Shown: positions 8,427-15,846, counted from the stretch's first letter. The stretch is DNA of 46,974 bases from Acutalibacteraceae bacterium (GCA_045532695.1 JAZSGK010000023.1:1-46974), one strand, 5' to 3'. Program-made: numbers and translations. Notes: a model not told the origin generated them from the letters alone.

Positions 8427-10922
8427 TTATTTCAGCTTGTACCCTGCCGCGGAAATCGCCTTTTTGATTTCTTTCATATCGGGCTCACCGTTCAGGCTTA
8501 ACTTTACTGTTCCGTTTTTGTAATCGGGAACTGCACACTCTATTTCACCGAAAGCTTCAAGACAATCCCTGACTCTCTTTTCACAATGCTCACACATCAT
8601 TCCGTCAACTCTGATAAGCATTTCGTTTTCATCTACAGATACCCCTTTTTCAGCAGTAACAGTTTTCATTTTGCTTCTGATTTTTCTGTCATGCCTGTCT
8701 GAGCGGATATTCACGAGGTTCAGTCTCAGCGCATTTGTAACAACGCAGAAGCTTGAAAGACTCATGGCCGCAGCGCCGAACATGGGATTGAGAGTCCAGC
8801 CGAATACCGGTATCCACACACCTGCCGCAAGAGGTATACCGAGAGCATTATAGAAAAATGCCCAGAAAAGATTCTGCTTTATGGTTTTAAGAGTGCTTCT
8901 GCTGAGTCTGAGAAGGGCCGGCACGTCACTGAGCCTGCTTTTCATAAGAACTATGTCGCCTGCATCTATTGCTATATCCGTACCTGCGCCTATAGCTACC
9001 CCGATATCTGCTCTTGTCAGTGCAGGAGCGTCGTTGATGCCGTCACCCACCATTGCTACCCTGCCTTTTTTCTGAAGTTTCTGAATAACCCTTTCCTTAC
9101 CGTCAGGAAGCACGCCTGCAATAACCTCATCTACCCCCGCCTGTTTGCCTATAACTTTTGCGGTATTTTCATTGTCGCCTGTGAGCATTACAACGTGTAT
9201 TCCCATATTCTTAAGCTCACTTATTGCCTTTGCACTGTCTCCCTTTATTACATCCGCAGCAAAAATCACTCCCGAAAGTTCTTTATCCTTTGCAAAAAGC
9301 AACGGTGTTTTTCCTTCAAGAGAAAGCTTGGTTATTTTATTCTTTATTTCTTCAGACACACAGCAGACACTCTCGATATAGCTGAGATTTCCCCCGGAGA
9401 TTTTTTCGCCGCCTATTACTCCCTCAAGACCTTTACCCGGTATCACTTCGAAGCTTTCAGCTTTTTCCGAAAGCACATTTTTACTTTCAGCGTATTTCAC
9501 CACAGCTTTAGCAAGAGGGTGCTCACTTGTTTTTTCCAGTGAATATGCATATCTCAGAAGCTCTTCTTCGTCTTTGGCATTAGCGCATAATATATCTGTT
9601 ATCTCGGGCTCGCCCTTTGTAATGGTACCCGTTTTATCGAGAACAACTATCTGTATCTTTCCTGATTTTTCAATAGCCTCGGCAGTTTTGAAAAGGATAC
9701 CGTTTTTTGCACCCATTCCGCTTGACACCATAATTGCAACAGGAGTTGCAAGCCCCAAAGCACACGGACAGCTTATAACAAGAACCGATATGGCTCTTGC
9801 CAGGATAAATTCCGTCTCCTGACCTGCAAAAAACCACACTATCGCTGTTATAACAGCAATAATTATAACAACCGGCACAAAGATGCCTGATACCTTGTCG
9901 GCAACTTTTGCAATAGGTGCCTTAGTTGCCGCAGCATCGCTTACCATTTTAATAATCTGAGAAATGGCTGTGTCCTCTCCTACTGCTGTAGCTTCGCATT
10001 TAAGAACACCCGAGTGATTTACCGTAGAAGCCGAAACCCTGTCACCCTTTTGCTTGTCGACAGGGATACTCTCTCCCGTAAGAGCCGACTCGTCAACTGC
10101 ACTGTGCCCTTCCAGCACTATCGCATCGACAGGGATACTTTCTCCCGGGTACACGGCAAATATATCACCCTTTTTCACCTCGTCAGCTGATATGATTTTT
10201 TCCTCACCGTCAACAATAAGCCTTGCTGTCTTGGGTCTTAAATTCATCAGAGACTTAAGCGCATCGGTAGTCCTTCCTTTGCTTTTTGCTTCAAGGGTTT
10301 TACCGACGGTTATAAGAGTGAGAATCATAGCCGCCGATTCAAAATAGAATTCGTGCACAAGATGCGCGCCTTCACCCTTTGTCATAGCAAAAAGTACATA
10401 TACACTCCATATAAAAGATGCTCCGCTTCCCATTGCAACAAGAGTATCCATATTAGGAGCCCTGTTGAGCACACCTTTTATTCCGCTTATAAAGAACTTT
10501 TTGTTGATTATCATTACACAGATACAAAGCAGCATCTGCACAAGACCTATTGCTATATAGTTTCCTTCAAAAAATATCGGCAAAGGCAGACCAAGCATAC
10601 TGTGTCCCATTGAAAAATACATCAGTACAATAAGAAACACAGCCGACCATATAAGCCTCTTTATCAGTAAAGGTGTTTCTTTATCTCTGAGACTATCCTC
10701 TTTCTCTTCTTTTTTGCTGTCACTGCCTTTTGCAGCCGCACCATATCCGGCTTTTACAACTGCATCGATAACAGTCTTTTCATCTGCTGTACCTTCGACG
10801 CCCATAGTCCCCGTCAGAAGATTGACCGAGCAGCTGTCTACACCCTCAAGGGCACTTACCGCTTTTTCCACCCTTGCACTGCAGGCGGCACAGGACATTC
10901 CCGTAACTTTATACTGTTTCAT
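8427..10922 (-). CDS. copA: copper-translocating P1B-type ATPase with N- and C-terminal HMA domains
   Basis: N-terminal GMSCAACSARVE, the SCPCALGLATP (CPC), DKTGTIT, SEHPLA and GDGINDAPAL motifs, and a C-terminal GMMCEHCEKRV HMA domain. Confidence 0.95.
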   Translation of the reverse strand: MKQYKVTGMSCAACSARVEKAVSALEGVDSCSVNLLTGTMGVEGTADEKTVIDAVVKAGYGAAAKGSDSKKEEKEDSLRDKETPLLIKRLIWSAVFLIVLMYFSMGHSMLGLPLPIFFEGNYIAIGLVQMLLCICVMIINKKFFISGIKGVLNRAPNMDTLVAMGSGASFIWSVYVLFAMTKGEGAHLVHEFYFESAAMILTLITVGKTLEAKSKGRTTDALKSLMNLRPKTARLIVDGEEKIISADEVKKGDIFAVYPGESIPVDAIVLEGHSAVDESALTGESIPVDKQKGDRVSASTVNHSGVLKCEATAVGEDTAISQIIKMVSDAAATKAPIAKVADKVSGIFVPVVIIIAVITAIVWFFAGQETEFILARAISVLVISCPCALGLATPVAIMVSSGMGAKNGILFKTAEAIEKSGKIQIVVLDKTGTITKGEPEITDILCANAKDEEELLRYAYSLEKTSEHPLAKAVVKYAESKNVLSEKAESFEVIPGKGLEGVIGGEKISGGNLSYIESVCCVSEEIKNKITKLSLEGKTPLLFAKDKELSGVIFAADVIKGDSAKAISELKNMGIHVVMLTGDNENTAKVIGKQAGVDEVIAGVLPDGKERVIQKLQKKGRVAMVGDGINDAPALTRADIGVAIGAGTDIAIDAGDIVLMKSRLSDVPALLRLSRSTLKTIKQNLFWAFFYNALGIPLAAGVWIPVFGWTLNPMFGAAAMSLSSFCVVTNALRLNLVNIRSDRHDRKIRSKMKTVTAEKGVSVDENEMLIRVDGMMCEHCEKRVRDCLEAFGEIECAVPDYKNGTVKLSLNGEPDMKEIKKAISAAGYKLK

Positions 10923-10925
10923 TTT

Positions 10926-11222
10926 TCACCTCATAAGTTTCTGAATAAGAGCAGTCAGTTCATCAATAGTTTCGTCTTTACCCTGCTTAATATCCTGAGC
11001 TACGCAGGTTTTTATATGCGTAGCCAAAAGTTCTTTGTTGAAGCTGTTGAGTGCCGCAGATACCGCTGCCGTCTGAACAATAATATCAGCACAGTAGGCA
11101 TCTTTTTCGAGCATACCCTTAATTCCTCTTATCTGTCCTTCTATTCTGCTGAGTCTGTTGGTGAGAGCCTTTATTTCCTCTTCACTTCTCTCTTTTGTTT
11201 CGTGACAGTATTTACATGACAT
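10926..11222 (-). CDS. csoR: CsoR-family copper-sensing repressor
   Basis: RLSRIEGQIRGIKGMLE..YCADIIVQ..A is the CsoR/RcnR signature. It lies directly upstream of copA, and its stop is 3 nt from the copA ATG. Confidence 0.9.
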   Translation of the reverse strand: MSCKYCHETKERSEEEIKALTNRLSRIEGQIRGIKGMLEKDAYCADIIVQTAAVSAALNSFNKELLATHIKTCVAQDIKQGKDETIDELTALIQKLMR

Positions 11223-11245
11223 ATTATCGCCTCCTACAGATTATT

Positions 11246-11266
11246 ATATACCCCTGAGGGGTATAT
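11246..11266. promoter_or_regulatory. candidate CsoR operator
   Basis: ATATACCCC-TGA-GGGGTATAT has perfect 9-bp inverted arms and lies 24 nt upstream of the csoR ATG. The G/C-tract palindrome matches the known CsoR operator style. Confidence 0.6.
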
Positions 11267-11274
11267 GTCAAGAT

Positions 11275-11307
11275 ATAAAAACCGCTCTGTGAAAAAAATC
11301 ACAGAGC
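11275..11307 (-). terminator. intrinsic terminator of the 356-aa gene
   Basis: 9-bp stem GCTCTGTGA/TCACAGAGC with an A6 loop, followed on the minus strand by GGTTTTTAT. Confidence 0.7.
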
Positions 11308-11324
11308 AGTCTGTTTATAAAACT

Positions 11325-12395
11325 TTATGCAAGCATACTGAGCCAATCAAGATTGATATAGCTGTATCCCTTGGGAATTTCAAAGTATGAGTCAGGCACA
11401 TCTGTTGTAAGCTGAGCAAAATATGTCGAATCAACATGACCGTCAGAATAAACATTGTCCCTTCTTACAAGACGTTCACCGTCAAAATAGTAGTTGACAG
11501 TTGTTCCGTCAACAGTGCTGTTATAGCTTTCGAGAATGAGCTTTTCACCGTTGATTTCAACTTCGGAAACTGTTATCTCTCCGATATCATCTTCGCCCAT
11601 CTGCTCCATCATAGCTCCGATATCCATCTCTTCACCCATCATATCTTCGGGCATCTTGCAATATTTTTTCCAATCGTTAAAGATTAGATATAATGTATCC
11701 TTGCCTTTGAGATAGAGCATACTGCAGTTCATTGAACTACCCTCAAGGTCCATAGCCATTTCAACATACATATTACCGTTTTTAATTGCCATTGTAACAG
11801 GCTGATCACCCATACTTTCATCGTTTGTGGTGATTTTCATAAGATATGTACCGCTCTTGAACACCTGCAGATATTTCTCAATTCTGTAAGCCTTGAGATT
11901 ACTGTTTTCCTTACCGTCTTCCTTGGGCTTTGTAGTTGTTACATCCTCGTTACTGTTACCGGGAACGCTCGGCTTCACAGTAGTTGTTGAATTTTCCTGT
12001 CCTTCATTTCTGCCAGTTGTTGTAGGATAAGTTGTAGACACTTCGCCCTGGAATTTATCTATATCGTTGGTAACATCCACATGGGTACCTGTATAGTTGG
12101 TAGGTACGTCGCCTAAAGCCACCTCACCGTTGATATCACCTACAGTGCTGCCGACAGTTGTACCGTCATATTCTGCAGCGTAACGGTTACCGGCTTTATC
12201 AGTAACAACAACATAGGTTTCTCCCTCTTTGTCAGCTACCATTGTATAGGTCATACCTTCAACATCCGTCACATAACCGCTGTTTTCATCAGTTGCCTTA
12301 TCGGGATCATAGGTAAAGTAACGGACAGCTGTAGCAATACCTGCAACCAGAAGTACGAGTACGCAAATAAAAATTCTTTGCAGTATTTTTTTCAT
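11325..12395 (-). CDS. membrane-anchored extracellular protein, function unknown
   Basis: N-terminal TM/signal anchor ICVLVLLVAGIATAV, a Thr/Glu-rich linker and a globular C-terminal part. GGAG RBS. Confidence 0.8.
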   Translation of the reverse strand: MKKILQRIFICVLVLLVAGIATAVRYFTYDPDKATDENSGYVTDVEGMTYTMVADKEGETYVVVTDKAGNRYAAEYDGTTVGSTVGDINGEVALGDVPTNYTGTHVDVTNDIDKFQGEVSTTYPTTTGRNEGQENSTTTVKPSVPGNSNEDVTTTKPKEDGKENSNLKAYRIEKYLQVFKSGTYLMKITTNDESMGDQPVTMAIKNGNMYVEMAMDLEGSSMNCSMLYLKGKDTLYLIFNDWKKYCKMPEDMMGEEMDIGAMMEQMGEDDIGEITVSEVEINGEKLILESYNSTVDGTTVNYYFDGERLVRRDNVYSDGHVDSTYFAQLTTDVPDSYFEIPKGYSYINLDWLSMLA

Positions 12396-12531
12396 ATAAA
12401 GAGACTCCTTGTAATACTCTGTATTTTTATATATAAAGATTACAGATTTTAGTTGTAAAAATCAAGTATTTCCCTGTAAAACTTATGTTAATGAAGTTAT
12501 ACGGGCTTGTCTTTGCAGTGTAAACTAAATG

Positions 12532-13353
12532 TTACGAAAGAAGTTTATCAATTACACTCTGGATAGGATCTGTGTCAGCGAGCTCGATAGCACCCTTATC
12601 TGCAAGTGCCGGGGTTCTTGTATCTATAGGCAGCTTGGCTAAAACGGGTACACCGAACTTAGCAGCAACCTCTTCAGTTTTGCTTTCGCCGAAAATATTA
12701 TGCTTCTTACCGCAGTCGGGGCACTCGAAATAGCTCATATTCTCAACAAGACCCACAACAGGGATATTCATCATTTCAGCCATATTCATAGCCTTGCTTA
12801 CAATAAGACCAACGAGATCCTGAGGTGTAGTAACAACAATAATGCCGTCTACCTTAAGACTCTGGAAAACTGTAAGGGGTACATCGCCTGTTCCGGGAGG
12901 CATATCAACAAACATATAGTCAACATCGCCCCAGGCAACATCTGTGAAGAACTGCTGGATTACGCCGCTGATAACGGGACCTCTCCAAACAACGGGAGCG
13001 TCCTGAGAGGGAAGAAGAAGATTGACGGACATAACTCTTGTGCCACCTCTTGATTCTCTCGGGAACATAACAATATTGTTGGTTTCAACCTGACCGTCGA
13101 TGCCGAACATCTTGGGGATTGAAGGACCTGTAACGTCCGCATCCAGAACAGCAGTCTGCTTGCCACGAAGCTGCATAGCAGTTGCAAGAAGAGAAGTAAC
13201 GGAAGATTTACCTACACCGCCCTTACCGCTGACAACAGCATAGATTTTTTTGATATCACTGTATTCATTCTGTTTGAGGTGAAGATCCTTTTCCTTATCC
13301 TTGCAACCTGAAGCTGATGAACATGATGAGCAGTTACCTGAACATTCACTCAT
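12532..13353 (-). CDS. Mrp/NBP35 (ApbC) family Fe-S cluster carrier ATPase
   Basis: Deviant Walker A SGKGGVGKS, a CPDCGK motif and a Cys-rich N-terminus. The track start 13362 is GTG. I prefer ATG 13353. Confidence 0.9.
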   Translation of the reverse strand: MSECSGNCSSCSSASGCKDKEKDLHLKQNEYSDIKKIYAVVSGKGGVGKSSVTSLLATAMQLRGKQTAVLDADVTGPSIPKMFGIDGQVETNNIVMFPRESRGGTRVMSVNLLLPSQDAPVVWRGPVISGVIQQFFTDVAWGDVDYMFVDMPPGTGDVPLTVFQSLKVDGIIVVTTPQDLVGLIVSKAMNMAEMMNIPVVGLVENMSYFECPDCGKKHNIFGESKTEEVAAKFGVPVLAKLPIDTRTPALADKGAIELADTDPIQSVIDKLLS

Positions 13354-13527
13354 ATATAACACTACCTTTCGAAAAATTATGAATGAGGAATTATAAATTA
13401 TGAATTACCCTTTCAGTAATACACAATTAAAATTCGGACTAAACTATATAATAATACAATTTTACCCGATTGTCAAACATTTAACCGCAATTATTTCCGT
13501 ACCCTGCCGAATAAGTGAGTTTTAATG

Positions 13528-13556
13528 TTGACTTTGAGACAAATCGGTGGTAAAAT
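13528..13556 (+). promoter_or_regulatory. sigmaA-type promoter for the tRNA gene
   Basis: TTGACT (13528-13533), a 17-nt spacer, then TAAAAT (13551-13556), about 28 nt upstream of the tRNA 5' end. Confidence 0.5.
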
Positions 13557-13584
13557 ACATCTGTTCACCGAAAGCAGAATAAAC

Positions 13585-13659
13585 GCCTCCATAGTTAAAT
13601 GGATATAATAAACCCCTCCTAAGGGTTAGTTACAGGTTCGATTCCTGTTGGGGGTGCCA
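13585..13659 (+). tRNA. tRNA-Arg (anticodon CCT), CCA encoded
   Basis: Hand-folded cloverleaf: acceptor GCCTCCA/TGGGGGT (two G-U pairs), D-arm GTTA-AATGGATA-TAAT, anticodon arm AACCC-CTCCTAA-GGGTT, 4-nt variable loop, T-arm ACAGG-TTCGATT-CCTGT, discriminator G and CCA. Confidence 0.8.
13616..13659 (+). repeat. 44-nt direct repeat copy 1 (tRNA anticodon loop to CCA; attL-like)
   Basis: CTCCTAAGGGTTAGTTACAGGTTCGATTCCTGTTGGGGGTGCCA is identical to 15764-15807. Confidence 0.9.
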
Positions 13660-13684
13660 GATGCGGCGAGACAAGCTCGCCTAA

Positions 13685-13778
13685 AAGAATAAAGAATAAA
13701 CAAGAAATAAAAATGTTTCCGTTTTCGGTGCCGCTTCTGTATTATTCTTTATTCTTTATTATTTTTTCTTTATTCTTT
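13685..13778. repeat. 15-bp perfect inverted repeat plus a third direct copy
   Basis: AAGAATAAAGAATAA (13685-13699) is the reverse complement of TTATTCTTTATTCTT (13742-13756). TTCTTTATTCTTT recurs at 13766-13778. Confidence 0.85.
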
Positions 13779-13796
13779 AAAAAGGAAAATAACGAT

Positions 13797-14153
13797 ATGC
13801 AGAAAGATAATCCCTTATTAGATAAATCCTTGTTATTCGCCGCAAGAATAGTAAAACTCAATAGATACCTTACCAAAGAGAAAAAAGAAACAGTTATCGC
13901 TAAGCAGATTATCCGCAGTGCGACATCAATAGGTGCAAATGCCAACGAAGCGATTTACGGTCAGAGCAAGGCTGATTTTATAGCAAAGCTGCAGATTTCT
14001 CTGAAAGAAACCGCTGAAACAGAATATTGGTTAAGACTTTTGATTTTATCTGAATACATAACCGATAAGGAAGGTAATTCTTTGCTGGATGACTGCCTTG
14101 AAATTAAAAGAATACTCATTTCTACACTGAAAACTGCAAAAGAAAACAATTAA
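13797..14153 (+). CDS. four-helix-bundle protein (23S rRNA intervening-sequence protein family)
   Basis: SATSIGANANEA..DFI.KLQISLKETAETEYWLRLL is the family signature. ATG 13797 follows AAGGAAA. The track start 13713 adds an implausible hydrophobic extension. Confidence 0.85.
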   Translation: MQKDNPLLDKSLLFAARIVKLNRYLTKEKKETVIAKQIIRSATSIGANANEAIYGQSKADFIAKLQISLKETAETEYWLRLLILSEYITDKEGNSLLDDCLEIKRILISTLKTAKENN

Positions 14154-14159
14154 AAAAAA

Positions 14160-14200
14160 CCGAAAAAGCCTTGATTTTACAAGGAGTTTCGGCTTTTTTG
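14160..14200 (+). terminator. intrinsic terminator after the four-helix-bundle gene
   Basis: Interrupted stem CCGAAA..CCTTG/CAAGG..TTTCGG followed by CTTTTTTG. Confidence 0.6.
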
Positions 14201-14280
14201 ATTTTTTGGGTGCGTTGCTTTGCTCAAAAAATCAAACTAATTAAAATCCTTTTTCTCTTTGGCTTTTCAGTAAATTTTTT

Positions 14281-14370
14281 TCTGCTAATGGAAATTAGCA
14301 GATTTTTTGATTTTTTGCTAATGAAAATCCCGTTCTGCTAATATTCGATTTTGGAACTTTGCTTGCTAAT
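14281..14370. repeat. cluster of five TGCTAAT motifs (one inverted, forming a 9-bp hairpin at 14281-14302)
   Basis: TGCTAAT at 14283, 14316, 14336 and 14364, with ATTAGCA at 14294. Confidence 0.85.
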
Positions 14371-14470
14371 GAAGTTGATACTCTAAAGTTGAATGAAAAT
14401 ATTTCAATGCGGAATAATGGCGTATTTTATGTTTAGATAACTGAGACTTGATTATGTTCTTATAAAAAAC

Positions 14471-14499
14471 TTGACAATAGAAGATTGATGTGATATATT
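14471..14499 (+). promoter_or_regulatory. strong sigmaA-type promoter with extended -10
   Basis: TTGACA (14471-14476), a 17-nt spacer ending in TG-A, then TATATT (14494-14499). Confidence 0.55.
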
Positions 14500-14657
14500 T
14501 ACGAAAAATACAGTAGAGAGGTAAACTGATTTGAACGCATATCTTTCAAACAAAACAGAAATGTATATGCTTTGGCTTGCACCATATAATGGATGCAGGT
14601 CTATACCTCTATATTCATTTTCGGATACGTAACTGTATTTTTATAACGATATGATTA

Positions 14658-14702
14658 TAACGGTGTAGGCTTATTGTATTAGCTTACACCGTTAATTTTT
14701 TT
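14658..14702 (+). terminator. leader terminator (attenuator) immediately upstream of the methyltransferase RBS
   Basis: 13-bp stem AACGGTGTAGGCT/AGCTTACACCGTT (one G-U) with a 9-nt loop, then AATTTTTTT. AGGAGG follows at 14707 and the ATG at 14720. Confidence 0.7.
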
Positions 14703-14719
14703 ATTCAGGAGGAGTTTCT

Positions 14720-15538
14720 ATGAAACTATTATCAGAAGAATTCAAGAAAAAAGTAACAACAGAAAACAGTGTTATTGGGTTTTACAATAACTACGACGAA
14801 GAAGGCAGACTGATGCGCAAAAGCCGAATGCCAGAATTTCTTACTACAATGAAATATATTGAAAAGTATCTTACACCGGGTGCAAAAATAATTGAAATAG
14901 GTGCAGGTACAGGCAGATATTCTCTTACACTTGCGGAAATGGGTTATGATGTTACTGCGGTTGAGCTTGTTCCGCACAACATTGAAATAATGAAAAAAAA
15001 GGTAAAAGCTAATCACAATATCAAGATTTTTGAAGGCAATGCCTGCGATATGTCTGTATTTGAAAGTGATTCTTATGATATTGTGTTGCTGTTAGGTCCT
15101 ATGTATCATCTTTTTACTGATGAAGACAAGCATAAGGCTCTTGGCGAAGCAATAAGATTAGCAAAAACAGACGGTGTAATCTACGCTTCTTACTGTAATA
15201 ATGACACCTCAATTTATAAGTTCTTTTTTAAAAATATTGTGCTTGATTATTTAGAAAAAGGTCTTATAAAAGATAACTATCATACAGTTTCAGCACCAGA
15301 GGAAATATTTGAACTGTACCGTAAAGCTGATATTGATAGACTTATGAAAAGTCATAATGTTACAAGACTTCATTTTGTTGGTGTTGACATGTTGTCATAT
15401 ATTTGCGATGACAGACTTGATCTTTTAAGCAACCGTGAATTTGAGGAATATATGAAATTTCTCTCTAATCTTTGTGAGCGTGAGGATTGTGTTGGTTTAT
15501 CTATACATATGCTTGATGTGTTTAAGAAGAATAGTTAG
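14720..15538 (+). CDS. class I SAM-dependent methyltransferase
   Basis: Motif I IIEIGAGTGRYSLTLAEMGYDVTAVE, and post-I/II motifs DIVLLLGPMYHL. AGGAGG RBS. Confidence 0.9.
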   Translation: MKLLSEEFKKKVTTENSVIGFYNNYDEEGRLMRKSRMPEFLTTMKYIEKYLTPGAKIIEIGAGTGRYSLTLAEMGYDVTAVELVPHNIEIMKKKVKANHNIKIFEGNACDMSVFESDSYDIVLLLGPMYHLFTDEDKHKALGEAIRLAKTDGVIYASYCNNDTSIYKFFFKNIVLDYLEKGLIKDNYHTVSAPEEIFELYRKADIDRLMKSHNVTRLHFVGVDMLSYICDDRLDLLSNREFEEYMKFLSNLCEREDCVGLSIHMLDVFKKNS

Positions 15539-15601
15539 AGATTCCTCTTTTTATGTTATGACAGAATTAACTCAACAGTATTTGCCTGCATGTCGCTCAC
15601 T

Positions 15602-15641
15602 TGCTAATATTCTGCTAATTTTCATTAACAAAACTGCTAAA
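15602..15641 (+). repeat. second cluster of TGCTAA(T/A) motifs
   Basis: TGCTAAT at 15602 and 15613, and TGCTAAA at 15635, between the methyltransferase stop and the distal tRNA repeat. Confidence 0.8.
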
Positions 15642-15763
15642 TATCAGAGAAAACTTAGAGTGACCCGGTTAACACCACAACACCCGCTAACCCCAGTAAA
15701 ATAAGGGATTCTGAGGTGTTTTGAGTGACGAAAAGTGAACAAAACAACACCCCTTGGGGCAAA

Positions 15764-15807
15764 CTCCTAAGGGTTAGTTACAGGTTCGATTCCTGTTGGG
15801 GGTGCCA
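15764..15807 (+). repeat. 44-nt direct repeat copy 2 (partial tRNA-Arg 3' half; attR-like)
   Basis: Identical to 13616-13659. The upstream sequence does not complete a tRNA. Confidence 0.9.
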
Positions 15808-15846
15808 AAAAATCCCGTTCGTGTCAGCGAATGGGATTTTTACTTT
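15808..15846 (+). terminator. terminator following the distal tRNA 3'-half copy
   Basis: Stem AAATCCC(GTTCG)/(CGAAT)GGGATTT followed by a T-run. Confidence 0.6.

Larger units (their letters stand above)
13660..15807 (+). mobile_element. integrase-less tRNA-Arg-associated islet (decayed integrative element)
   Basis: Bounded by the exact 44-nt duplication of the tRNA 3' half. The native tRNA terminator follows only the distal copy. Contents are a four-helix-bundle gene, a methyltransferase gene and repeat-rich non-coding DNA. Confidence 0.55.

Noticed and set aside
13374-13406. Direct repeat AAATTATGAAT x2 upstream of the Mrp/ApbC gene as an operator
   Set aside because: It is a short AT-rich repeat with no dyad symmetry and no associated regulator. 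It is indistinguishable from chance in this composition.
14326-14337. 12-mer AAAATCCCGTTC shared between the islet interior and the sequence right after the distal tRNA repeat (15809-15820), possibly an older att junction
   Set aside because: Exact 12-mer coincidences are expected by chance dozens of times in a 47-kb AT-rich window. The flanks of the two copies do not align further.
14500-14720. The methyltransferase leader as a T-box or SAM riboswitch (it begins ..AGTAGAGAGG..)
   Set aside because: There is no T-box core (GGTGG.ACCGCG-like) sequence, no specifier-loop architecture and no SAM-I/II/III hallmark sequences. It is also too short for a T-box. Only generic attenuation is claimed.
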